A stretch of 61,901 nucleotides of DNA, counting the filler, from Chiloscyllium plagiosum (lineage: Eukaryota): assembly GCF_004010195.1 (NCBI RefSeq). It is 3 parts of one record of this genome, joined end to end, with 100 filler letters (N's around TTAATTAATTAA, not from the genome) between each part and the next. Parts side by side here need not be neighbours in the genome. Positions count along the whole stretch, not along the records: positions 1 to 27,174 come from NC_057713.1; 2 more parts are not named here. One strand, given 5' to 3'. Below, in pieces: positions 1 to 12,944 of this stretch. The first letter of the stretch is position 1. The number at the start of each line of letters is the position of its first letter. The position numbers and the translations under genes were made by a program. A model generated the notes under the pieces. The model worked only from the letters and a program-made list of their open reading frames with translations. It searched no databases and was not told where the DNA came from.

Positions 1-180
1 TCATCCACAAACTCCATTAACAAACACATCGACCTGGACCCAATATACCGGCCACTACAGCCAATATAGGAATCACCACAGAAGCGCTTCACAGGAGGCT
101 CCCAAGCACTGAGGATGTCACCTAGACAGGGGACGAAACGTTTGCAACAAAAACTTCCAGCTCGGCGAACAGAACCACAG
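1..180 (+). mobile_element. Penelope-like element 3' end (end of GIY-YIG domain plus pLTR), truncated by window edge
   Basis: SSTNSINKHIDLDPIYRPL and pLTR nearly identical to 13292-13526. Confidence 0.85.
106..145 (+). ncRNA. Minimal type I hammerhead ribozyme motif in Penelope pLTR
   Basis: GCA-CUGAGGA-U-GUCACCU/AGAC/AGGGGAC-GAAA-CG-UU-UGC. Confidence 0.7.
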
Positions 181-459
181 CAATCTTCGCTCTCTTCAGA
201 GGACTCCAGCATCACAGATGCCAGTCTTCAGCTAATTCAATTCACTTCACATGACAACAAGAAATGGCTGGAAGCACTGGATACTGCAAAGATATGATGG
301 AAGATGTCATCAACAGTACTATCAAGCAGCACTTGCTCAGCCATAACCTGCTCACTGATACCCAGTTTGGGTTCTGCCAGAGCTACTCTGTTCCTGACTT
401 CACTATAGTTTTGGTTCAAACATGGACAAAAGAGTTGAATCCCAGAAGTGAAGTAAGAG

Positions 460-1337
460 CTCTGGATGTAAGTTTGCTCACTGAGCTGGAAGGCTCGTTT
501 TCAGACGTTTCATCACCATACTAGGTAACATCATCAGTGAGCCTCCGGTGAAGCACTGGTGGTATGGCCTGTTTTTTTATTTGTGTGTTTAGGTTTCCTT
601 GGGTTAGCGATGTCATTTCCTGTGTTCCTTTTCTCAGCAACAAAATCGAACAAGCAGACAAAATGTGTCCAGAAACCCTAGCCACTCTCCCCTACATCAA
701 AGACATCTCAGAAATGACTGCCAGACTACTTAGACCTCTTGGCAACATGGTAGCCCACAAATCCACCAATACACTAAACCAGCAGCTAATGAACTTGAAA
801 GACCCTATACAGATAACAAATAAAACTAATGTCATTCACAAAATACCTTGCAAGAACTGTAACAAACATTACATTGGACAAACAGGCAGAAAACTAGCCA
901 CCAGAATACATGAACATCAACCAGCCACAAAAACAATGACTCACTCTCACTAGTATCTTTACATACAGATGAGGAAGTTCACTACTTCGACTGGGACAAC
1001 ACATCCATCCTAGGATGAACAGAGACACGCGCGAGAATTCCTAGAAGCATGGCATTCCAACTGGAACTCTATCAACAAACACATTCAGATCCCATTTACC
1101 ACCCCCTGAGAAACAGGAAATGACATCACTAATCAAACAAAACCTAAAAACATAAATAAAAAAAGTGAGCCATGCCACCAGTGCTTCACTGGATGTTGCC
1201 TAGTATGGTGACAAAATGTCTGAAAACGCACCTTCCAGCTTACATCCAGAGCAAACTTCCATCCAGAACCTCAACCCAAGCTACAAATCTTCTCAAAACT
1301 CGTGAAGTGAGAGTTCTGGATGTAAGTTTGCTCACTG
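460..1337 (+). mobile_element. 5'-truncated Penelope-like element with inverted 5' pLTR
   Basis: GIY-YIG endonuclease NVIHKIPCKNCNKHYIGQTGRKLATRIHEH (ORF 564-953). 460-630 is the reverse complement of the pLTR at ~1115-1270. Confidence 0.9.
501..540 (-). ncRNA. Minimal type I hammerhead ribozyme motif with canonical GUC site
   Basis: Minus strand reads UCA-CUGAUGA-U-GUUACC/UAGUAU/GGUGAU-GAAA-CG-UC-UGA. Confidence 0.75.
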
Positions 1338-2463
1338 TGATAGCCTTGACAACAAAGTTGTTTTTGATGAAGTGCGGCATCCAGGAGTCCTAGTAAAACT
1401 GGAATCATTGGGTATCAGGGGACAAACTCTCCGATTAGTGTCTTATCTGGAACATAGGAAAGTGGCTGTGGTTGTAGGAAATCAGTCATCTCAGCTCCAG
1501 AACATTGCTACAAGTGTTCTTCAAGGTGGTGTCCTAGGCCCAACCATCTTCGGCTGCTTCATCGGTGACTTTCCTTCCATCATGATTGCATTCATGACTC
1601 CTCAGTTACTGAAGTGGTCAATGTCTCAAATGTAATTGGATATGAACAGTACCCAGGCTTGGGCTAACAAGTGGCAAGTAACATTCAGGCCACACAAATG
1701 CTAGGAATGACCATCACCAATTAGAGACGACCTAACAACTGCCCCTTGACATTCAATGATGGTACCATCACCAAGCCCCCCACCATCAACATCTTGGGGA
1801 TTACCATCAACCAGAAATTGAACGGGACACATGAATACAGAGGCTATAAGAGCAGGTCAGAGGCTTGGAATACAGCAGCAAGTAATTCACTTCCTGAATC
1901 CCCAAAGCCTGTCCAGAAGTCAGGAATGTGATGGAATATTCTGTACTTGCCTGGATGGGTGCGGCTTCAACAACACTGAAGAAGCTTGACGCCACCCAGG
2001 ACAAAACAGCCCACTTGACTGGCACGGCATCCACAAAATCCACTCCATCCATCACAAGTACTCAGTAACAGCAGTGAGTACCATCTATAAGATGCACTGC
2101 AGAAATTCACCATTAATCCTTAGACTGGTCATTTCAAACCTATAACCACTATCATCTAGAAGGACAAGGGCAGCAGATACATGGGAACACCATCATTTGC
2201 AAATTCCCTCCAAGCCACTCACCACTCTGATTTGGAAATAAATTACCCCTCCTTCAATGTCAATGGGTCAAAATCCTGGAATTCTCTCATTATTGACATT
2301 GTTGGTCTACCTGCAGCACATGAACCATAGCAGTTCAAGAAGGCAGCTCAACACCAACTTCTCAAGGGCAACTAGGGGTGAGCAATCCAGCATTACCACA
2401 GTCCCAACTGCGAAGTGTAAAAAAGTCAAAATCCACATGTCACACTAACCCTGGCTAAAGTAG

Positions 2464-2900
2464 CCATGGGAGTAGTTACAAATAGATTTCACTGGACCTG
2501 TCCACTAAGTCAGTGAAAGGTCGATGTTTGGACATTATGGATCACTTTATGAGGTGAATGGAAGTTTATCTCACAAGAGATAATTAACTACAACTATTGC
2601 TTGAAAAACAGTAAGTGAGGTAGTCCCTGATAATGAACATAAGTACAGATGGATTCAGATCTGGGAGAACATATTTTACAGGAAAAGCAATTAAAGACGG
2701 TTTCTAAGTTGCTGACAATAAGATCTCAGGGCTCTTAGAGGAATGAATAGGACATTAAAGGGATGGTTAGCTAAAGCCATCTAGGAGACAGAATGGGTCT
2801 AGACAGATCTGTTGCCTAGTATGTTAACAGGACTCAGGGCAAAAGCAGTACAACGATCAGATTAACTCCATATGAGCTAATAACCAGAAAAGTGATGATA
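2464..2900 (+). mobile_element. Decayed retroviral/Gypsy-like integrase remnant
   Basis: PWE*LQIDFTGP (2464), QMDSDLGEH/HFTG (~2645), MNRTLKGWLAKA (~2743), LTPYELITRKVM (~2862), with stops, frameshifts and deletions. Confidence 0.7.
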
Positions 2901-4085
2901 TTGTCAGAGCATGTTGTGACTGGTAGAGAGGAAGTTGGATCCCAAACAGCGAGAGTTAAACCTTTTGCGAGTGCTGTGAAATTAACTGCATGGACTGAGA
3001 CAAGAAATTAGGAAGCAGTAGATCATGCATGACATGGAAGTAGAGGCAGAATGAGGTGGCGAAGTAGGGGATAAGGTGTGATACCTGGCAAAACAGGTTA
3101 TGTGCCTAAGTGCTGAGGAGCTTACAAGGTAATAATGATTAGTTATACTTGCATCTGTGTGAATAGGAAAGAGACGTAGAAGCACTTGTCATGACTGAAC
3201 AAATCACTAACTACTTTCCAAAGTAATTAGTCATGGAAATAATTGAACCATGTTAATTAGGATAGTTGCCAACCTATCTTTCCAGCCGGTCAGCAGTGAT
3301 TTCAGAACTGGAAGTCAATGCAACATTGGTAACAGTAGCATTGTGGGAATACTAACTGTCTCCCCAATAACTCCAATAAATAATGCTTAAAATTCATGAA
3401 CTATATTACAATAGTGCAAGGATCCTCCACAGGTTGACCAAAATTGTGACAGTGACAAGAAATTTCTGCAGCTTTCCAGCACTGCCACTATCCTCATTTA
3501 CAACCGCACAGAAACATTTCAATACAACTCCAAGGATGGGTTATGTGCCAAAACAGTTCAGTAATAAGCTCAGCAAAACTGGGAATGTTTATAGGACAGA
3601 GGCAGGTCTCATCCACAGGAGAGCACCACAACAGTAACGATAACAACTGCAGAAACCATCCATGAAGGAGCAGGGGATAGAGAACCAAAGGCACAAACAA
3701 CTGACCCAATTTGACTTGCTAGAAGTGTAGGACAAAATAATGGAATAGCGTTGATAAATCATGATAAAATTTTATATGATAATGTACACTATGAGCTGGT
3801 AAGCTATTATTGTAAATGTCTCCACTATTTCCTTGCTTGAGTGACATTCAGTTCAAACCTGGGCTTTGTGTACAGCTTTGGTCAACCAAATTACTACACA
3901 GGAAACTTGGACTAATGGTAAATTAAAATTAGTTCTTTGGAGTTGCTCAGTTTTACATTATTCCATTGCTGCAGTCATTTTTAAACCCAAATCGCACATG
4001 TATGTCAATGCCTCTAAAAGAGTACCCATGTGAATTTTACGTGAGCATGCACAATAAAGGCATCTTTTGCATTTAAAAGATGTGA

Positions 4086-5254
4086 TTTATTAGTAAATAA
4101 TGTTCAGTGTGTGTTTGTTCTACGATGACTACTCTGAAATGGGTAGAATACCTGAGATTGACTCCTGAATTATGAATTATGTTTAAAAGAACTGAAATAA
4201 TTACATTCATACAAAACCTAATCCCGTTATCATAACATCTTCAAATATTTTAATTTGTAATATTTTACACAGTAATAATCATGTACATTTCAAAATTGTA
4301 TTGAATTTGGAAACATTTAACTGAGCAGTTGAATTTATAAGGCAATAGGGATGGATAAATGCTGTGAAACTTATATTTAATTGAAACACAAATACATGAT
4401 GATAACTTCAGCAATATACTTAAGAATGTTTGTTCGTTACTTCACGATTATTTTAAATTCAAGTTATAATTTTGTATTTATGTTCTGTTTCTAAACTGCT
4501 AAAGTTGAAGTGAACAACATAGTATACTTTATACTTCAAAAATATGCTATTTAAAGAGAGATTTGATCATTGCATTAAGTACACAGGCTGGATTTATCCT
4601 TGAACAGGTCTTTAAAGTCTTTATTCAACTTTTTTCACAATTAAATAATATGATGGTGCCTTAAAGTAAAAACACTAGCCATTCTCAATTACTTAGTAAC
4701 AGCAGCTATTTCATATTTGAGTATTTGGCCCCAGTCTAACAATTCAAAATTGAACATTTCCCAACAGAAAATTATAAAATTTCAAAATAAAACATCTGCA
4801 GAATAATTCATAAATTTGTAGTACAATTTTAAAAAAACACTGCAATACTGGAGTATAAAATAACATCAGAAAGTCACCTTCAGTATTTATAAAATAGACT
4901 GATTTAACTTTTCAACAGAACAGGAACAACTCAAAGGACTGGGCATGTAAAGGACTAAGGATACAAGAGATGCCACAAACTAGGCACTTAATAGACTGTT
5001 ATTTCATTGAGTGACAATATAATGTAGAATCATGCTAATTAATTAAACCTTGACAAATGTCATTATATTGTTTTATCAAGGTTATTCAAAATATTAACAT
5101 GTTTAGATTCATAAATTTAGATTCATAAACATTTTTATATAAAATTTTTCATTAAAAAATCTTTAGTGGCTAACACTGGTAGTAATGAACATTTTTGCAC
5201 TCCAGTGAACATATTTGTAGATCATGACTGAAATCAGATCAAACATTCAGATAT
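4086..5254 (-). other. Probable copine 3' UTR with candidate poly(A) signals
   Basis: AT-rich, largely repeat-free sequence after the stop. AATAAA on the minus strand at 4620-4625 and 4086-4091. The true end cannot be determined from sequence. Confidence 0.5.
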
Positions 5255-5362
5255 TTAGGGACTTGGCTCATTCGGAGGACTGAGTTTGTAAGTGTTGAAG
5301 TAGGACATCACTTGCTGAGGTAATTCAGCCAGTACGCTTTGTGCAAGAACTTCTTTGGGTGC
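5255..5362 (-). CDS. CPNE3: Copine coding exon 15 (last): [35 protein letters not shown]
   Basis: ttcaacag| acceptor, VLAELPQQV motif, TAA at 5255-5257. Confidence 0.96.
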   Translation of the reverse strand, partial: APKEVLAQSVLAELPQQVMSYFNTYKLSPPNEPSP

Positions 5363-5620
5363 CTGTTGAATGAAATGAGAGCATTATCACCTAAAAGCCA
5401 ACAACGATGTGAACAACAAACAGTAAATCATCATTAAAATGTATGTGTAATGTTGTTTAATCTGCAGTGTTTTTATAGAATCATACAACACAGATGTCAT
5501 TCAGCCCATTGTGGTAGTTTGAAAGAACTGTGTAGTCCCACCCTGTGTTCTTCCAGTATAACCTTGCAATTTTTCTTCTTCAAGTATTCATTAAATTCAT
5601 TCTTGAAAGTTTCTGTTGAA

Positions 5621-6058
5621 AGTTTTAGTTATGAAAAGGGGTTGGATAAACTTGGATTGTTTTCACTGGAAAGACGGTTGCTGAGGAGTGACCTGATAGA
5701 GGTCTACAAAATTATGAAAGGCATAGACAGGGTGGATAGTGAAAATCTTTTTCCACCCAGAGTGGAAAAGTCAACTACAAGAGGGCACAGGTTCAAGGTG
5801 AAATGGGAAAGTTTAGGGGCGTATTGCGGGGAATATGTTTCATCAGAGGGTGGTGGATGCCTGGAATGCACTGCCACTGGAGGTGGTGGAAGCAGGCACA
5901 CTAGCAACAGTTAAAGTGTATCTTGATAGACACATGAACGTGAGGCAAACAGAGAGATAGATACCATGCATGGGCAATAAGTAGCAGGCGTAAATAAGCA
6001 TTAGGAATCAGCACAGGCTTGGTGGGCTGAAGGGCCTGTTCCTGCGTTGCATTATATT
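5621..6058 (+). mobile_element. CR1 LINE 3' fragment
   Basis: LGLFSLERRLLRSDLIEVYKIMKGIDRVD...TRGH; tail gggctgaagggcctgtt. Confidence 0.9.
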
Positions 6059-7669
6059 GTGTTGTATAAATTACTTCCACAACCTTTCTAGGAAAGGCAG
6101 TCCAGCTGATAACTTGTTGCTTAAAAGAAAACTTGTTTCATCTCTAATCCTTTTGCTAATTATGTTAAATCTTCATCCTTTGGTTACTGATCCACTTACC
6201 AGTGATAACAATTTCTGTTTATTTCATATATATGATGCTACACAATGAAGTACACCTCATCCCCGTCCTGTTTGGAATATACTACATTTGTGAGAATGGA
6301 TGAATATTTTTGCTTTTTGCTCACCAACAAGTGATTTAACTGAACGGACAAGGAGTTATATTCTGATGAGCCTAGAAACAGAAACTCCTAGCTAATAACT
6401 TTCAGGACATTGTCTGGCTGAACTCAATTATCTTGACAAGTAGGCTTCTTTCATATTCAAAAGCATTCTACCAAATCAGAACAATACAAAAACACTGATT
6501 GGAGCTTCTTCATTCCATTATCATCTGGGTGAAACTGGAATAAATACAGAACATGAAATAGGGATGCCCACTCTAAATTGGAAATGTACAGCATAGAATT
6601 TCCAACTGGAACTGACAGAGGATGCTCATTATATAGACTCTTACACAAGTGAACTTATTGAATTTTTCAACCAAAACAATGCATCAACCAACATTCTTTC
6701 CATCAATGGGTTGTTTACCACGGCATCCAGCAATGCTACAGCATCAGAATGAAGAAGGTTTAATTTCAAAAACTGGTAATCCTGGATAGTTTCCTCATTC
6801 AAAACTGTCTTATTAATCTTCACTGCATTAGCTGTTAGGTGCATAATAGAAACCGGAGTGTCATCCAAAATTAATTCAATAGTCCATGTCCACAAGGTTA
6901 ACTGAGGTCAGAGGATATCTTGTGGTGCTACTTTGGCTTTCCAGTATCAAAAATACACCTCAATTACATACAAGTGGAAACTTTGAGCCATACTGTTCTA
7001 TTCTATGGTATTAAAAGAAATTTTATTTCAATGATTTGCTGCAGCAACAAAATTACATCTTTTCTGGTATTGTGTTTCATGCACGTTTTGCAGCCTCATA
7101 CTAAATGTCTATTTTTGGACTTCTAACATACATAAACTGGCGCAATCAACTTATGGTGCCAACTTACTAAGAGCTATTCAAAGATGCCACAACATCAACA
7201 ATTTTGGCCTGATAATATTTTGATGTCATCTTATACTAGCATTTAAGAATTACCAGCTGTATTCAATTCATGACTCAAACTTTACTACATTGCCGTGATA
7301 TACCACAATTACACTATCCACACAAGGTAGAAGTAGTTAGAACAAAATCCTTCCCCATTACATAGACAGGCATGCTTAAATGGACTACTTAGATACAAGC
7401 AGTTCAGATGTTTGCATCTTATATCACATCATCTATTTGTTAGAGGCATTACAAAAAAAATTTTAAGATCTGCTTCTTTCTACATCCTAAGAAATCCCAG
7501 CAGCACAGTATAGTTTTCTCAATTCATCAATTTTCAATTTTAAAATCTTAAAACCTTTGTGAATGTCATTTAAGATTTTACAAAATTTTAAAAGATTTGT
7601 CTAGTCCAATACTTGCTTATTTCAAAGCTGTGAAGCAAGATTCATAAATATAATTGGTGTACACTATTA

Positions 7670-7981
<312 letters not shown>

Positions 7982-9149
7982 TTAAGATCGAACACAAAGC
8001 ATAGCTTAAGGAACAGCATGGTTACAAAGATCATAAAACAGCTCGATGGAGATTTCTTCACACACCAACCACCATGTTGAAACTGATTTTATCATCTTTG
8101 ATGAGCTTTGTATTTCATTTCATTTAAAATCAGATGGCACTCAAGTAATATGCTAATAGGTTCATTAGGTAACTAAATGGTAAACCAAAAGTAAAGCAGA
8201 TTTACATATAATCTTCAGCCACCAAAGTTCATTCTAAATATATAAATAGAACACTAGAATAGAATAGTGAGCACTTTCAGCGATTGTCAACTACCTCAGC
8301 AGTTATGTGATGTTTGTAAAAAGCATCAAAATTGTAAAGAAGGTCAAGAGTTATTCTGGCCTCACAAATAAATGTATTGTTCCTAATGCAGAACATAGTC
8401 TCACAGACTAAAGTAAGACTATCTGAAAAATTGATGATTGATATGTAAACACACATTAGTAATTTTAGAATAGACAAAATGTAGCTATGAATAGCTAACC
8501 TAAGCAAGATGATAAATGTAGCCAAGTCCATGTGCATGATGAGATATGTAGTCAGTTCTATGGGAACACAGCTAAGTATGAAAGTTAAACAACAACCTTC
8601 ACAAAGTTGAGTAATACCCTTGATGTGATAAGGGAGCAGACAAGAAGGTAAAGTAGGTAGACTTAGACAGTGTGAACAATAATAACAAAATTTCACAGGG
8701 CTAATGAGAACACATAAGGGGCATCTGCTGTATAGGCCTAGTTATTGGCAAAGATATTTAATTCAAGTGCGAAGACAATTGAAGACAAATGAATTATAAA
8801 ACATTTTAGTGAAAAGTGAGAGTTAAGATTTAAAATTGTCAAACTAACTGGGATGTGGGAGAGAGCTTGGTAGACTTTATAACAAAGTGTCTCTCAACAT
8901 ATAGTTAAATAATATCTCTAATGACTCTACCAGGAGTCAAAGTTGTTTTTAAATTATCACCGCACAGAGCAAAAGGTTTCAAGTTCAATATATCTGCACT
9001 GGAAATTAATCCAGAATTATCCTCCAAGAAATAAGGACAAAAGCAATCATCCATTTGTTAGAGGCATAAGGATCATTCTCCTAATCATCAAGAATTGTAG
9101 GAAAATGTGTAGCCATGGACGAATGAAAATTGACCATTAGTTATGAAAT

Positions 9150-9365
9150 AAAATACAACAAAAAATGATGGAAACACTTTGTAGGTCAGAAAGCACCTGT
9201 AAATAAAAACAGAAACACCGGAGTTCTGAAGAAGAGTCTTGCCAGATTTGAAATATTAACTCTGTTTCGCTCTTCACAGATGCTGCAAGATCTGCTCAGT
9301 TTGTCTGGCATTCCTTGTGCTTGTTTCAGATTTCCAACATCTGCAGTACCTTGCTTTTATTTCAG
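9150..9365. mobile_element. Short non-autonomous Penelope-derived element with inverted ends and a degenerate hammerhead (9222-9261, +)
   Basis: GUU-CUGAAGA-AGAGUC..GAUUU-GAAA-UAUU-AAC followed by ctctgttt...cacagatgctgc...ctgctcagt. Related copies at 12290-12377, 47140-47187 and 53871-54015. Confidence 0.6.
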
Positions 9366-9622
9366 GTATGGAGGCTATTCCCTGTTCATACACCAGTAAG
9401 AAGCCATGTCTTCAGCAAAAGAAAAATTTTATCTAGGACCATTTGCCTTCCCAAAATTGTAATACGGTTTCAAATTTCAATCAGTCCACCCATGTCCAAA
9501 AATTTTAATCCTTTGTTATCAACAGCTTTTTAAAACCTAAACAGTTGTGTTACCACTTACCATTCCAGTTTTGCATATATGATTCTCACTGGCATAATGG
9601 TATAACGAGCTACTTCCGTTCA

Positions 9623-9913
<291 letters not shown>

Positions 9914-10386
9914 TTACTTAACCAAAGTAACTAATCACACAGTGAAAAATGAAACGGAATACAATAATATGGAGAACAATTGAGGCTGAATCACTGAAAA
10001 TAGTCTCGGCTAAGTTTGACAGATAGTTGATCCATAAGGTGGTCAGGGATATGGAGAGGTTGGCATAAAAGTGGTATTAAGGCCTTAATCAGTTCAAACA
10101 TGACTTTACTAAATGGCAAAGTAAGCTTGATGCTCAAATAGCCTACTCCTGCTTCTACTTATCAAGATCTCATAATAATATACAGCAGGCTATTTATAAC
10201 TTATTAGGAATTGAGTTTGTAAAATACATCCTTTCATTAGGATGCAAACATTTTGATGTGGGGGTTGCCCTTAGTAAACTACATAATGTCACAAAACACT
10301 TAAAATCTTAACTGGAACCACAGTAACCGCACTATTCCCGACCACTTCAATGAAGTTATATTACTAAATGAACAGGTGTTTCATAC

Positions 10387-10438
10387 CTGCACAAAATGGG
10401 TTTTCAGGGTTGAAGTTAAGGGGAAACTCATGTGATAC
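10387..10438 (-). CDS. CPNE3: Copine coding exon 12: VSHEFPLNFNPENPFCA(G)
   Basis: 52 nt after a 91-nt intron. cctgtag|...G|gtatga. Confidence 0.96.
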
Positions 10439-10529
10439 CTACAGGAAAAATGTCACTGCATGAAATGATTTGTGTACACAAATAAGGTATTTGAATACAT
10501 CTTTTTTTTAATGAATGGTCCTTTGTTAC

Positions 10530-10584
10530 CTGCCAGGCTGGAGGTAGTTTTGCACCGAATCCAAATGCTGGGAATAATTTGTCT
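10530..10584 (-). CDS. CPNE3: Copine coding exon 11: (T)DKLFPAFGFGAKLPPAWQ
   Basis: 55 nt, ttacag|A GAC...CAG|gtaaca. FPAFGFGA motif. Confidence 0.96.
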
Positions 10585-11128
10585 CTGTAAATATAAAACC
10601 ATAATTAGATATCTACCTGTAAATTCCTAAAGGAAAAGGTGTGATTAAGGATAAATTATTGCAGCAGCAACACGTAATAAATACTCAAGCAATTAGAAAA
10701 CAGATAACTAACGGTGGTATGCAAATGATTGTATGTTAGTTTCCAAGGCAATCCTGGCCTATATGGCCATTCTACAAACTGCCTACCATTATAGCCTATG
10801 CTTTACGGATGGCAAAGACAGAGTCTAACTTTTAATGGCAATAGAAAAAAAAACTATTTAACCAGATCTTACTACTATTACAAAAGCACAGACCAATATA
10901 AAATCTTGAGCCTCACAAAACTCTGGTTGAGTGTTATATTTCCACAAAAAAGACTTTCAAAATAAATCTGACTAGCATTAGATAGGTACTGGAGACACTA
11001 TTATGCCTACAGTTAGGAATATATATCATAAAGCTTTTATTTTCACATGGAAATTGAGTTTTTTAATATGGTTTTGAGGACTCATTGAAATAGAACATTA
11101 AATTCACAAAATATAAATTAAAGCATTA

Positions 11129-11344
<216 letters not shown>

Positions 11345-11884
11345 CTAAACAAATTGGACTTAAGTAACACAAGAACATTTATAGTCAGAACTAAGGGTGC
11401 ATTCACAAATATTTCTAATATTTAAAAATTATAGAAAATGATAAATGCTTTTCTATTTAACATTAACATTGAAGAAAAAAAATGGATGTTCATTTACCGT
11501 TTGTTTTGCTGGACCAACACTGCCGTAAATCAAGATTCATGCTATATTTATTACAGATAACCTACCTTCTCTGTAAGCTTCTTGCTTGGAAGATAGCTTT
11601 ACTTACAGATTAATTTTTATGACATTGTATCATACAGAAAAGAAAGTCATGGCAGAATAATGAGCTGGTCCCCAAAAGTCAGGATACTCAGAAATAAAAG
11701 ACCAAAAATATAAAAGAAATTTGAAAGAAATGTAAATGCTATTCTAATAGCAGCTCATATCCTTTCAAATATCAATTGGATTTGTATATAATACTTAAAT
11801 AAATTTTATTTAGAGAACTAAAACAGCCAAAGCAGTGACCGACTTTACATGGATTGATTTAATCAAAGAGGATGTTTTACTCAC

Positions 11885-11944
11885 AATAAAGTTCAGCTGA
11901 CAGCCACCCATGATGTAATCTAGAAAAGTGTACTCTTTCACAAT
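11885..11944 (-). CDS. CPNE3: Copine coding exon 9: IVKEYTFLDYIMGGCQLNFI
   Basis: 60 nt, ttgcag|...ATT|gtgagt. Copine signature FLDYIMGGCQLNF. Confidence 0.97.
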
Positions 11945-12944
11945 CTGCAAATTAAACACTGTTTTAGTTCTTTCAAAAATATTGTCTTATTTCAGATTTT
12001 CTAAAGGAAGTCAGCACCATTATCGACATTTTAAGCCCCACCTCTCCCATGCACTAACAGGCAAAAAACTTACGATTAAATTTTGAAATAAAACTGGGTT
12101 TTATTAAAGTGGACACATGTTTGTTCATGTTTCCAGAAAGACAAAAGACATTTATTTATTTATGCAGCTGTGACATCTATTCATCCAATTTTCCAGTTGC
12201 AAATAATCAATACAAACTTTCCATGTATCCATTTGAGATGTAGAAGCCTGTTGTGTTAAATCCAGGTCCTATCGTAAGAAAAACAGTTAAGTGTTGGAAA
12301 AGCTCAGGTGGTCTGTCAGCACTAATACTGGGAAAAACAGAATTAACATTTCGAGTCCAGTGACTCTTTGTCAGAACATTGCCAGGACTAACCCCTACTG
12401 CTGTTAGATGCTTCTCATTTCCCCATCCCTCAAATAATAGATCTCCAGGAATCCACAGTGGTTATGTCCAATCTGATGAGATTTTGGAATTAGATGAAGC
12501 AGGAAAAATACCGATACTAGCATCAATATTAAAATAATTTAGCCATAGCGAAATGACAAGAAACCTCAGCAGGGGTAGGAAAGAAATCAAAAGACAAGAG
12601 CAAGGTAGACAACAGTGGCATACTTAAAACTCATGAAAGCCAACAAAGGAGGACATAAACAAAAACACCAGCTTTGGGTCAAATATTGGCAGCAAAAATT
12701 AAAGACAGACAAATATTAAGTACAGGAGTTTATAAAAACAGCATGTAGAATTAGAAACTATATTGAGGATTACAGTAATCAAGATTGTCATTCTGCTTAT
12801 CATGGCTCTACTAATTCTTTGTTAGAGCAATCAAAATATAATCCATTGATTAGCTCTTTCCCCACAGTGTTATAGCTGTCTCTGTTTTTCCCTATAAATG
12901 AAGCAAATGGTGGTAACACTAGTCACCTAGTACTATCAATATTT

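Larger units (their letters stand above)
195..2430 (+). mobile_element. Degraded non-LTR LINE (CR1/L2 group) 3' half, interrupted by the Penelope at 460-1337
   Basis: RT remnants QFGF, QGGVLGPTIFGCFIGDFP and W..KWQVTF. Same family as 24180-25030, 58660-58850 and 61030-61495. Confidence 0.75.

Noticed and set aside
6250..7130. ORFs 6457-6648 and 6641-6895 as a nested gene
   Set aside because: No recognisable domain or splice structure. Faint plus-strand motifs (NTDW, K..G..I) suggest a very old LINE, too weak to call.
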